From IMG/VR virus record IMGVR_UViG_3300032116_000025: 64,000 bases of DNA. The stretch is one strand, 5' to 3'. Position numbers and translations under genes: made by a program. Of the stretch, positions 16,301-24,719 are shown piece after piece (position 1 is the first letter of the stretch; each line of letters begins with the position of its first letter). Source of the DNA: a virus. The notes beneath the pieces are model-generated. The model worked only from the letters and a program-made list of their open reading frames with translations, made no database searches and was not told the origin of the DNA.

Positions 16301-16550
16301 CGCTGAGCCTCAGCGTGGTTCCGCCGATGCCCGTGTAGGTAGCGCCGACAAACCCAAACGCGAGCCGCGCCGGAAGGGTGACCTGAGCTTCCGAGTTCAG
16401 AGTGCCGTCGTCAAGGACAGCCTCAATGACCTGGAAGCAGGGTCCCATGACGCAGGCCGGGAGCGTGGGAACAAGGATCTGGGGAGAGGTCGTCCGGAAC
16501 TCCTGGATGACCTGAACTCCGGGCCTTTCGATCGTGGGCGGACTTGCCAT
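13359..16550 (-). CDS. contractile tail sheath protein (large, with inserted beta-rich domains)
   Basis: N-terminal RPGVQVIQEF; C-terminal RHQLTTD...REFS...DF...FIG.FNI...DPTRLEIDVTVGVFYPLNYIQVTLVV. Confidence 0.9.
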   Translation of the reverse strand: MASPPTIERPGVQVIQEFRTTSPQILVPTLPACVMGPCFQVIEAVLDDGTLNSEAQVTLPARLAFGFVGATYTGIGGTTLRLSVDNAAEVGITFAALPANKTPAQVAQAINDEEITGLLAEVEESGGSSRVVLRTTAKGENATIAVGTTTSAALLATAWPGTGFNLLPGYKAVGRLGYTNFFSFEPQLSDYPDPRSNLSDLTIDYATVRVFINNGAGNVREALKTETFLDGAGTAVSVINDGDGDNLSPYLQFTGAEFQARNASVTGTVDWTTLTYPADFGTFTLEVYVDGVLNNITFANPVDAAGAISQLNAGLTGATAVLNASNRPVITSSTAPGATCAGSIQIGPVTGGSSIGFGVIGLLPSLYGGPKPGFARALGVVDLTSVATWATDVQGKVLRMSLDGDYWQQLVMPTSVVSGATLVAAINTLWGANVASISTFDNQLVLRSVSSTGGVTIRGKESVILIDKDASDATMLSTVGLTGLGGPFGAAASTGTSAVYGTAFAPAVGDEVWVDGIRLGQVTEIPTGVSNRLRISAEQLLTYTGTSWYVVAKGLDNDLWTTTRPSSDLYIDTDSGTVRVKHNIFRDSGGTPTVAGPLAIYLGYTALRKDVSPATEDFNLLRIGSVADLEAQLSPIDTQNPLGLGMYFAILNAPGLEVTGVGVDDTSTTEPEGTLDAYTRAFEFIESKDVYAIAPLTHSGEVGLVGQVHVDEMSLPANGLERVLMLNPSRPTRKSSTLVASGPLGNVTAAPTSNVVETGIANLQALLAALGYPGPYNPASTVDVPVYLEFEDDTNKYLVQSVSGGQVTINDGPLTAGNDDGFYYAPGSPVFTASIVDRPFTVKIRGALIANRTEEAVAYGELALGYRDRRVIATAPAQAKATLDGLETLIDGYYLSCALAGKTSAKLPQEPMTESTLVGFTGVVGSQDRYSEAQLKILSGSGLWVFYQEADGQPVRTRHQLTTDMSTVEKREFSITTALDFASKLIRASLRNFIGRFNITTSVQDAITTTMEGLRNFLIRLSVFESFEINAIRQNATDPTRLEIDVTVGVFYPLNYIQVTLVV

Positions 16551-16560
16551 TTTCGTTCTC

Positions 16561-17469
16561 CTACTTGGTCTCGATATTGACCGTCAGAGGCTGACTGTAT
16601 TGTGCCTCGTTCTGGTCGTTTTGTGGAAGTCCCCCGCCTCCTGACGTGAAACCGCCGGACACGATTGACGGGGGGACGGCAGCATTTCGGGAAGCCGCAG
16701 TCTGTACAGGTTGTGCCACCGCGGTGCCTTGGAGAAGCGCCACGTTTGTCCCGCCCGAAGCTGGTGAAGTGTTGGCCGACGGTGTAGCGGAGGCTGCGGG
16801 AGAAGTACCCGTAGAGCCTGCTGGTGTCGTGGCTCCAGACACCGAAACCCCACTCACAATCTTCTTATTGAGTGGCAGCTTAGACGTGCTGTGTTGCAAA
16901 TACGCTGGAAGCGAAATGACTACAACACACCACTCAAAATCAGTGCTTTCAACAAGTGCCCCAGCGGGAGACGGGGCAGAAATAGAAGCCCTAGCCCCTG
17001 TGTAGAGGAGCTGGGGCATTGACTTCACAATCTCCTCTCGGAACGTGAAGATCTGCTCCTGAATGAACCACGCGAGCGACTCTGCCTCTACCGGCATGCG
17101 GCTTAACACGTTGATCATCAGATTGGTGGGAATCAGATCCATGCGGACCTGAGCACCGGTCTGTAAATCAACGTAGGCAAGATCTCCGATACCAACGCCT
17201 TGGAACGCCGCTCCGCTACGAAGAACGGTGATGGCGGGCCGCTTGCCAACAACTTGTGGCTTGATGGGCGTATCCGCAGAGATAAAAATCTCGGCCCCAG
17301 CCTGGTCAGGAGAGCTTTCTGCCTCCGGCTTCCATTGGTAAGCGCCAGCGGGCAGCGTAGAGAACCGCCATTTTAGAAAGCTAATGATGTGGCGGACCAG
17401 CTCAAAGGTGGGCGGGAATACCTGGCCCTGTAGGTATCCTTCAGGCGTAGTTGGGGAGATTGCCGTCAT
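16561..17469 (-). CDS. tail terminator/tail completion-like protein (putative)
   Basis: Directly upstream of the sheath gene; RPAITVLR motif; low-complexity C-terminus. Confidence 0.5.
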   Translation of the reverse strand: MTAISPTTPEGYLQGQVFPPTFELVRHIISFLKWRFSTLPAGAYQWKPEAESSPDQAGAEIFISADTPIKPQVVGKRPAITVLRSGAAFQGVGIGDLAYVDLQTGAQVRMDLIPTNLMINVLSRMPVEAESLAWFIQEQIFTFREEIVKSMPQLLYTGARASISAPSPAGALVESTDFEWCVVVISLPAYLQHSTSKLPLNKKIVSGVSVSGATTPAGSTGTSPAASATPSANTSPASGGTNVALLQGTAVAQPVQTAASRNAAVPPSIVSGGFTSGGGGLPQNDQNEAQYSQPLTVNIETK

Positions 17470-18089
17470 GGGCGTCTCGCAAGTCGGGAGCCCACGAATA
17501 CAGAAAACTCGCCTGACAGCTTTTCCTGCACCTGTTGCTGCGGAGACCGAGCACCGGCCTCATCTCGCCTGCGGGCCATCTCTCCACGGCTCCGACCCAT
17601 GGCGTAAGAACCAACTGAAGAGAGGAGTGCCGTTGCAGCGGGAATGTGTTTCGTCCACTCGGGACGCACACCTTCCCGCGCAAGCCGCTCCCCTACTGCG
17701 CCGGAAATCGTCTTTCCGATCCCCCAACCTAAGCCGGTTGCAAGAATAACAAGAGGGATGTCTTTGAGCGTCTGCTTCCAACGCTCTTCGTCCATCTTTT
17801 CTGCGCTGGTCTTGCTGCGCTTAGCGATCGGGGCGCGGTATTCCTCTTCAGTCGTTTTGATCTCGGCGTTGGTGACGCCACCGCACGCGTCGTCCGCGCG
17901 CTTTACAATCCCAGTCCCAGGTATCGAGCTTTTAACTCCAAACGTTCCTAGGGCAGGCGGTTTTAGGGCTTTATTTGTTGGCCCTACTGCGCCGAGCACC
18001 CGCCCAGCATCAAGCTGACGAAAGACGCCAGGCACGTTCGATAGCTTATCGAACGTATGCCTCAGCACAGTTTCGTCAGCCCGCGGCAT
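17466..18089 (-). CDS. virion-associated protein with two hydrophobic helices
   Basis: IPLVILATGLGWGIG and IPAATALLSSVGSYAMG; KxS/A motifs. Confidence 0.75.
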   Translation of the reverse strand: MPRADETVLRHTFDKLSNVPGVFRQLDAGRVLGAVGPTNKALKPPALGTFGVKSSIPGTGIVKRADDACGGVTNAEIKTTEEEYRAPIAKRSKTSAEKMDEERWKQTLKDIPLVILATGLGWGIGKTISGAVGERLAREGVRPEWTKHIPAATALLSSVGSYAMGRSRGEMARRRDEAGARSPQQQVQEKLSGEFSVFVGSRLARRP

Positions 18090-18090
18090 C

Positions 18091-18714
18091 TCAGCCCTTT
18101 GTCGCCCGGCCTACCATGGCGGCGGTTCCAAGCGTGCCTACCGCTCCAGCCGCCCCAAGACCCTTATGGAGCAGGTCCCTACCGGCCGCTCGCGTGGCGC
18201 CCGGCCCTAGGAAGTTCTGAGCTGCCGTGATTCCCTTATTGTAGAGCCCGGCGCCCGCGCTGCCCATACCAGCGCTGCTCATACCCTTTAGACCCAGCCC
18301 GGCAACACCCTTGCCCAGGGCGCCTAGAGTAGCCCCTAGAAACGCGGTCTTCTCAACCTCGTCGGAGAATGCGGCCCACATAACACGGTCATAAGGGGTC
18401 ATGGCTTCCTTGGTTTCCTCTGAAGGTTTTTTCTTCCGGGCTGATGCGCGAGCTTCGGCACGCTGGTGCATCCTCTGCTGCGTAACGACATCCCGCATTG
18501 ACTTCTCACGGCCCTTTAGCCCGCCGTGAACAGCCCCAATGATACCACCCACGGTCCCGAGGGTACCAGGCCCAACCTTTCCACCAGTATGCTTCAGCAG
18601 CGCTCCTAGCGCAGTACCCGCAGCGGTCCCCTTGGCGGCCTCGCCAAGGATCTCCTTTGCGTACATCGTGCTGTGGAGACCGGACTCCCCTTCGACTTTA
18701 GGACGGTCAGTCAT
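18091..18714 (-). CDS. Gly-rich virion-associated protein (putative ejection/internal protein)
   Basis: Glycine-zipper helices; AAFSDEVEKTA motif. Confidence 0.75.
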   Translation of the reverse strand: MTDRPKVEGESGLHSTMYAKEILGEAAKGTAAGTALGALLKHTGGKVGPGTLGTVGGIIGAVHGGLKGREKSMRDVVTQQRMHQRAEARASARKKKPSEETKEAMTPYDRVMWAAFSDEVEKTAFLGATLGALGKGVAGLGLKGMSSAGMGSAGAGLYNKGITAAQNFLGPGATRAAGRDLLHKGLGAAGAVGTLGTAAMVGRATKG

Positions 18715-18715
18715 A

Positions 18716-19627
18716 TCACTCTTCCCCTACGTTGCTGGGGTAGGTCGGGTAGTTAGCAAAGATGTTGGGGGTTCTCTCGTCGATCGCGGAGAACAGATCC
18801 GTGGGGTTTGTAAACATCCTAGGAGGGCTCGGCTGAATGTCCTTGAGCGCCCTAGTGAGGTTGATGGGCAGGCGGTATTCAATGTCAGTCAAAGCAATCT
18901 GTCGGAGTGTTAACTCCTGCTTGATCGGGGCGCGTAGCCGCTCAGACTGTGTGACTGATAAAACCCGCCACCGCTTGTTTTCTGCTTCAACCAGCACATC
19001 CCCAGGCCCAATGTTTGGGTAGAACGACGTACGGGCTGACGTGGCTGTCTGCTGGTCAATCTGCTGCGCGTTGTTCTGTTGAGACTTTGCAGCAGGATCA
19101 ATCTGAATCCAGACTTCGATGGGGTCGAGGTACCCGCGCAGGTAGCCGGTGTCGAAGCAGTCGATACAGCTAGACCGTGTCCGCTTGTGGCTTGTTGTAT
19201 CCCAGCAAGAAGGGCACCTTGCCCCAAAACTGCGGAGCTTAAACAGCCAACAAGCCCTTCCAATGACCTGCGTTAGCAGTGTCATCTCACTACGGCGGAT
19301 GTACTGAGCAACTAGATCCGGGTCAGCCTCATGGGTTGCCGGGCCATGCTCACGAACATCTCCTGAAGACTTGTGGACGACCCGAAGCTTGTACCAAAGC
19401 TGGCGAAACCGGTCTCCCTGTGGGACCCGCGCGTCTACAAAGATATAGCGGTCCTCAAACGTTGCAGTGACCGGATCAAACGGCCCCTCGGGAGACTCCG
19501 AGCGTAGAACCTGAAACGTGTAATCGAGGGCGTCCTCTTGGGTGTCATTGACCTCCCAAGTGAACTCCTTTCGATCCACGTCTAGGCTCCGCACTCGGAG
19601 CTTATCGATGGGCAGGTAGTGCGGCAT
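18716..19627 (-). CDS. neck/head-closure protein (putative) with N-terminal FN3-like and Zn-finger segments
   Basis: FQVLRSESPEGPF...YKLRVV; RCPSCWD...CIDCFDTGYLRGY; GDVLVE..NKRWRV. Confidence 0.6.
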   Translation of the reverse strand: MPHYLPIDKLRVRSLDVDRKEFTWEVNDTQEDALDYTFQVLRSESPEGPFDPVTATFEDRYIFVDARVPQGDRFRQLWYKLRVVHKSSGDVREHGPATHEADPDLVAQYIRRSEMTLLTQVIGRACWLFKLRSFGARCPSCWDTTSHKRTRSSCIDCFDTGYLRGYLDPIEVWIQIDPAAKSQQNNAQQIDQQTATSARTSFYPNIGPGDVLVEAENKRWRVLSVTQSERLRAPIKQELTLRQIALTDIEYRLPINLTRALKDIQPSPPRMFTNPTDLFSAIDERTPNIFANYPTYPSNVGEE

Positions 19628-19636
19628 ACAGGGTGG

Positions 19637-21568
19637 TCAAGCAGCACTGAATAGTGATAGCGGCGGAGCAGGAACGTTTGTGGGGTACACCCCGCTGCTT
19701 CGAAGCTTTTGTCCCGCAGCGGCCATGCCGCTAAGCATGTTGTTGGGCTGCTTAGCTAGGTTCCTAGCTACTTCGTGAGAAACCCCATGAGACAGCTCCT
19801 GCGCCGACATAGCCGCCGTAGGAATGAGCTTTCTTTGGACTGTCTTAGCTACAGCGGACGCGGGGAGCGCAGCGCTTAGCTTTTTAAAAAGCAGCGAGCT
19901 GGCCTTTCGCAAATAGCGGTCTTCAAGCGCGGTCAACTCACTGTCTAAGCGCCTTCGAGCAGCGAGGCCCTTTTCAGACGGCACTCCTCGGGTAAGCACT
20001 GGCGGCGAAGATACGGGCTTAGTGGGGACCAGCGTAGGCGCTACTCGGCTAGCAGCGCGAGCCTCGCCGCTCTCAAACTTACGGATAGCGGAAGCGATGC
20101 CACCAAAGTCGTGCGGGGCGGCGCTGCTCAGTCCACCGGTAAGGATCTGGCCCGGCTTGAACGCGACCTTCATAGACGACTTCTTGACCCCCGGCAGGTC
20201 TAGGTTGCTAATCCTTATAAACCTTGTTCTGTCGGTGCGAGGGCCAACTGGCAGTCCTCTGGGCGGGCCGAGCGTCTTCTTCAGTTTTTCTGCCGCCGCA
20301 ACCGCAGACGGGTTGTTATGGAACAGCTCACTAAGCGCCATCCCAGCCCGGTCATTCATGCCGGCGTACTTGCCAAGCGCGGCAGATACCTTGGTGGGCG
20401 CGTCGTACTTTCCGACGTAACTAACCCGCGGGGACTGAAGGAAGTCCGAGGGCTTTGTGGCGTGGCGAGCTACCCCAGGAGCAATCCGATGCTTGCCAAA
20501 CGCGTTGGCGACCATCGACGAGCAGATAACCTGGTTCTCGTTAATCGGCTTGTCGCCGATGTCCATGAAGGCGCTAGCCGCCGCGGGAATGAGATCCTTC
20601 GTGTTGTAGTGGATCTTATCCCGGTTCTTGAAGTAGCTTTCGGCGCGCTGAACTGCTTCTTGCCGCGCTTTACCCCGGACGTTGGGGCGCACCACGGCGA
20701 CCCCAAGATCCTTGGTTAGACTCTTCAAAGGAACCTTGCGCACACCCGTTTCGGCGCGGATGTCGATTACGTTGCCATCACCGGTGTAGATACCTGCGTG
20801 GGTGTACTTGCCCTGAATGGCTCCGGATACAGCACCAAAGACGCTTCCACCAATCCGCTGGAGCAGGCCAGCATCTTCGGGAAGCGGCTGGGGCGTCATA
20901 AGAACGACGTCGCCCGGCTTCATGTTCTTGGTAAGATCTTCAACCGTCTTGTGGCTCTGAAGCTCACGAGCAACCTTAGCCACCCCGCCGCTAAACAGCG
21001 AGATCAGCTTCTCGTCGTGGGCGCCCTTGGTAACAAAGCCTTCGCCGTCGGTTCGGGGGCTTACGTGCTGTACGTCGGGAGAGACGCTTGTGTCTTGCTG
21101 ACGGCGCTCTTCACGAGTTGCGAGGCGGCCCGCAGAGTCAATCCCAAGCGCAGCACGGGGCCACTCGGGAGCCGTGGCAATCCCGTTGTTTACCTGGCCG
21201 CCGTACTCAACGTCTTCTGCGCGCTTAATCTTGCTGACTAACCCCTTGATCTTAGTGCCAAGCCCAACAGGGGGAGCAGACGCCCCGCGGGAAGCAACTG
21301 CTCGCTCTAACGAACCGCGGTCAACGGGCGCATTAAACTGAGCTACGAGCTTTTTTGTGAACTCTGGGTCTAGCTCAGACTTCTTCTTGAGCTGACCTAG
21401 CCGATGCATCTTCTCCCGAAGGGGGTCTCCGTTTGCAGCAAGCTTTTGACCCTCTCGCAGATCCGCTAGGGCGCGCATATCAAACAAAGACAACTCCTCT
21501 GGGGTCTCTGTGCGGTGGGGCGCGATGAGGCCAGCTACCACGTCATCTAAATCTGTTCGACGAGACAT
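19637..21568 (-). CDS. virion cargo protein containing a permuted NlpC/P60 (YiiX/YebB-like) papain-fold amidase domain
   Basis: KPGDVVL...YTHAGIYTGDGNVID...VICSSMVANAF...KPSDF, with His before Cys; flanked by KxA-rich regions. Confidence 0.8.
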   Translation of the reverse strand: MSRRTDLDDVVAGLIAPHRTETPEELSLFDMRALADLREGQKLAANGDPLREKMHRLGQLKKKSELDPEFTKKLVAQFNAPVDRGSLERAVASRGASAPPVGLGTKIKGLVSKIKRAEDVEYGGQVNNGIATAPEWPRAALGIDSAGRLATREERRQQDTSVSPDVQHVSPRTDGEGFVTKGAHDEKLISLFSGGVAKVARELQSHKTVEDLTKNMKPGDVVLMTPQPLPEDAGLLQRIGGSVFGAVSGAIQGKYTHAGIYTGDGNVIDIRAETGVRKVPLKSLTKDLGVAVVRPNVRGKARQEAVQRAESYFKNRDKIHYNTKDLIPAAASAFMDIGDKPINENQVICSSMVANAFGKHRIAPGVARHATKPSDFLQSPRVSYVGKYDAPTKVSAALGKYAGMNDRAGMALSELFHNNPSAVAAAEKLKKTLGPPRGLPVGPRTDRTRFIRISNLDLPGVKKSSMKVAFKPGQILTGGLSSAAPHDFGGIASAIRKFESGEARAASRVAPTLVPTKPVSSPPVLTRGVPSEKGLAARRRLDSELTALEDRYLRKASSLLFKKLSAALPASAVAKTVQRKLIPTAAMSAQELSHGVSHEVARNLAKQPNNMLSGMAAAGQKLRSSGVYPTNVPAPPLSLFSAA

Positions 21569-21580
21569 CGTTATCTCCTG

Positions 21581-22975
21581 TCAGGCGCCCGTAGCCTGGC
21601 TAATCGCTGCTTGTTGCCCCTGAATCTGCGCTTCCTGAGAGGCGCGCTGCGCTTCAGCGGTCTCTTCCTTAGCCCGAGGCCCGCCCTGCTGCATAGCGGC
21701 CATCTGCTCGGAAGCTAGCTGACCAATAGCCTGCTGCTGGGCCATTTGCTGTTGCTGCTGAGTAGCCGTAGATACGTCGCCCGGACCAGCAACAGCCGGC
21801 ATGCCAAGACCCTCTTCACCAGCTGCATCTTGCGAAGCCATATTCGCTAGCTGCTGGCGAATCTGAGACAACCGCACGGAGAGCCGCATCTTTGCCTCGG
21901 CTTCCGCAGCGGCTTGGGCCTGCGCTTGAGTTGTGGCAGTTTGCGCAGCCTGTGCCATTTGCTGCTGGGCCGCTGCTTGCTGCATAGCCTGGCTTGCCTG
22001 CATCGCTGCCTGCTGCGCAGACATGTTCGACTGCTCGGCCATCATCTGAACTTGAGCGGCAGTGTTCTGCGCTTGCTGTAGCCGAGCGGCAAGATCCTGC
22101 CGCTCGGCCTCACTCTGGGCTAAAGATAACTGGTGCTCACGTTGAACGTAGGACTCAATGGGCTCTGAGCCCGGCGCAGGCACCATCTCTTGCGCGCTCT
22201 TGCGTCGAGCGATCTTAATCGCCGCAGCTAGCTTAGGCCCCGCTGCGGCCGGAACCTGCGCCACTTCCATCATGGGCTGCGGGGACTGGTGCATCGGAAC
22301 GCCAGCTGGCATAAACTGCCAAAGCTTATCAAGGTGTCCCTGCTCCTCCGAGAGCATCTCCTCGACCGTGTACTTCATGGGGTTTTCCCCCATCTGGCTG
22401 TGCAGAGCCTTAAGCAGCACAATAGCCTGCTGCTCCCCGGCAATCATCTGGTTAAGGATCTGAACTGGATCCACCATTGGAGTCGGGCTGGGCGGAATGG
22501 GAATCTGCACACCGCCCGGCATGAGGACCGAGATACGCTTTAGGAGATACTGAGCATCTTCGATCTCTTGCTTAGCGATGTCGCCAAACACCTTGGACAG
22601 GTCGCGGTTAAGCCCGCGGAGCATCTCCGCATAGAAGAGGTAGGCTAGCTGAAGCTTTAGCTCGTGACTAACAAGCTGGGCCATCGTCATCACGGCCTGA
22701 TCGACCGGAACTGCAAACTCACCCTCAAGGTGGCCCGAGGTATCAGGAGTTGCCTGCTGGTACAGCGCTTCTGCATCAGCAGGGGACGCTTCGTCACCCG
22801 AAGCTACCGCCTCAGTGTGCGTAGCCAGATTCTGGTCTGGTGCGGCCTCGCCGGGAGCAGCCAGCTTACGAAGAGCGTGCAAAAAGATGCCGCCCTGAAC
22901 CGGTGTACCGGCAGACTTCTGAAGAGATAGGATGTCTAGGTCCAGCTCTTGGTAGTGGCGCATTAGAGCCCTCAC
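21581..22975 (-). CDS. virion-associated protein with ferritin/bacterioferritin-like four-helix domain and Q/A-rich coiled coil
   Basis: HEL...Y, QEIEDA..L.KRI, GEQQAI, EEQGH spacing typical of ferritin-like bundles. Confidence 0.7.
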   Translation of the reverse strand: MRALMRHYQELDLDILSLQKSAGTPVQGGIFLHALRKLAAPGEAAPDQNLATHTEAVASGDEASPADAEALYQQATPDTSGHLEGEFAVPVDQAVMTMAQLVSHELKLQLAYLFYAEMLRGLNRDLSKVFGDIAKQEIEDAQYLLKRISVLMPGGVQIPIPPSPTPMVDPVQILNQMIAGEQQAIVLLKALHSQMGENPMKYTVEEMLSEEQGHLDKLWQFMPAGVPMHQSPQPMMEVAQVPAAAGPKLAAAIKIARRKSAQEMVPAPGSEPIESYVQREHQLSLAQSEAERQDLAARLQQAQNTAAQVQMMAEQSNMSAQQAAMQASQAMQQAAAQQQMAQAAQTATTQAQAQAAAEAEAKMRLSVRLSQIRQQLANMASQDAAGEEGLGMPAVAGPGDVSTATQQQQQMAQQQAIGQLASEQMAAMQQGGPRAKEETAEAQRASQEAQIQGQQAAISQATGA

Positions 22976-23439
22976 GGAGAGACAATGAGTGTTAGCTGCC
23001 CAAAGGAGGGTCCGCCCGTCATCCCAGAGATCTTAGCAATCGGGATGATGCCAGCAGAGGTAAAGGCCGATAGCCCCAGGTCCGCAAGCGCCGTTCCAGT
23101 CCCATCCAGCGCCAGCCCAGCATCTCGCTGAAACACGAGGCGCTGCTTAGGGATGAGCCTTCCGTCGCCCGCGCGGCTCGTTGTGTGCGGGCCGTAGTCA
23201 TACGCGCGTGAAACAGCGACCGTAGAGCCAACAGCGGCGTTGATCTCTGTCACAACCGCCGCTAGCGACATAAACGAACCTACGGCACCTGACAAGGTCA
23301 CGGTTACCGCCGGAGTCGTAAAGACCAGGGTCTTTCCCCCCACAGGCAAGTCCAGCGTAGGGATTGGGTTCCCGAGCGTTGCCCCGTTGATGTAATCCTC
23401 TAGCGTCTCTCGGGTCCCGACGATGATCTTGTGTGGCAT
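22972..23439 (-). CDS. hypothetical virion structural protein
   Basis: 155 aa, beta-rich composition, located in the structural operon. Confidence 0.75.
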   Translation of the reverse strand: MPHKIIVGTRETLEDYINGATLGNPIPTLDLPVGGKTLVFTTPAVTVTLSGAVGSFMSLAAVVTEINAAVGSTVAVSRAYDYGPHTTSRAGDGRLIPKQRLVFQRDAGLALDGTGTALADLGLSAFTSAGIIPIAKISGMTGGPSFGQLTLIVSP

Positions 23440-23502
23440 GGCCTAGTTCCTTCTGATCTTGCCCACAAACGCGGCGAACTTGCCCAAACGCGGCTTGTGG
23501 CT

Positions 23503-24009
23503 TTAGTAGAATCCGATGGCCGACAGCGCGTAGTAGTCCGAGTGTACACCGCTTGGACTGGCGTCCATAATCCCCTCTACGTTCAACGACGTTTTTACGA
23601 GTCGCTTTTGCTGCTCGTAGGCGCTCTGAAACAATCCCAGCATGGACTGGATGATGGGCGCCTTGTCGTTGATGGATACGCTCAGCCCACCATCCGAAAA
23701 TGGAAGGTGGTTCCTTGCGTAGAAGATCATCAGACTTTGCATCAAGCTGATGACAGTTCCCCGGACGCAGAAGCTCTGGAGATTTAGAGAAAACAGATCA
23801 TCCAGAGAGTAGTTTGTCAGGTACGGGGTGCCATTAAAGTCGCTTAAAAAGTCTACGGTAGCCCAGGCAACCATGCGGTCTGAGCTTTCCTCCCCACGAA
23901 TGAGGAGGTTAAGCTCAGAGAAATCGCGGGTGAACAGCCGAACGCTCTGAATGTGCGCGTTAAACGCGTCAGAGCTTGACTGCCCTAATGGCTGTAGCTG
24001 GGTAGGCAC
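23503..24009 (-). CDS. head-tail adaptor/neck protein (putative)
   Basis: Helical; VRLF.RD near the N-terminus and FSDGGLSVS; located downstream of the capsid gene. Confidence 0.55.
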   Translation of the reverse strand: MPTQLQPLGQSSSDAFNAHIQSVRLFTRDFSELNLLIRGEESSDRMVAWATVDFLSDFNGTPYLTNYSLDDLFSLNLQSFCVRGTVISLMQSLMIFYARNHLPFSDGGLSVSINDKAPIIQSMLGLFQSAYEQQKRLVKTSLNVEGIMDASPSGVHSDYYALSAIGFY

Positions 24010-24621
24010 TCAAGCGCCCTGGCTGCTCTCGAAAGATGACAGGACCGCGGTTAGCTCGCGGTTCGACATCTTGTCGTTAACGTTAAGGCCACGCTCTAAG
24101 CCGAGGGTAAGCAGAACGCGCTTGCTCTGCGTACGCCAGCCATCTGGGAGAGGCTCGTAGGCGGGAGCGGCCATCTCGGCCTCTACCTGCTCGGGCTCCT
24201 CAAGAGGAGAGCTAGTGGGTTCCGGGGCGTCATCTTCAACGGCGGGAGTCTCGACGAGAGGCTCCATTACCTCAGGCTCAGCCTGGGGAAGAACTTCAGT
24301 CTCAGGCTCCGGCTCCGGCCGATACTCCTCTGACGCCTTAACTAGCGGCTCCCCACGAACGAGAGCACGCAGCTCGTTCGGGTCTAAGTAGCGGTCCGAG
24401 TCGCTCTGAAGCCTAAGGGCTCCCCGCTCTACATGACCGATAACCTCCTCTAGGTGGTCGGCAATGTACTTCACTGAGATGGGAATCCGGCGACCTGCGC
24501 GGACTACGACATCCGCACCGATGCGGAAAGTCCGCTCACCAAAACGGTCAAGCCGACGTGCCATCTTTGTCTGCGGGTCACGTCCTGAGCCAAACGCGTA
24601 GATAACCTGGTCTTGGATCAT
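24010..24621 (-). CDS. hypothetical protein (acidic Pro/Glu linker, C-terminal HeH/Rho_N-like motif)
   Basis: SD AAGGAG; SKRVLLTLGLERGLNVNDKMSNREL. Confidence 0.7.
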   Translation of the reverse strand: MIQDQVIYAFGSGRDPQTKMARRLDRFGERTFRIGADVVVRAGRRIPISVKYIADHLEEVIGHVERGALRLQSDSDRYLDPNELRALVRGEPLVKASEEYRPEPEPETEVLPQAEPEVMEPLVETPAVEDDAPEPTSSPLEEPEQVEAEMAAPAYEPLPDGWRTQSKRVLLTLGLERGLNVNDKMSNRELTAVLSSFESSQGA

Positions 24622-24656
24622 GTGGCGCTCCTTGTTTTTTGCTTATATCAGCACAA

Positions 24657-24686
24657 AGGGGCACCGGCACAGTAGCCGGTGCCCCT
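24657..24686 (-). terminator. terminator after the major capsid gene
   Basis: Inverted repeat AGGGGCACCGGC/GCCGGTGCCCCT. Confidence 0.75.
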
Positions 24687-24719
24687 CCGTACTGGGGTTG
24701 GGGCCGTTCCCCCTAGTTA

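Noticed and set aside
12305-16550. Tailocin or extracellular contractile injection system
   Set aside because: Capsid, portal, terminase and prohead protease genes are present, so this is a phage.
23458-23500. Short imperfect tandem repeat CTTGCCC(AC)AAACGCGGC
   Set aside because: Only two copies in a small intergenic gap; not CRISPR-like, and no function can be supported.
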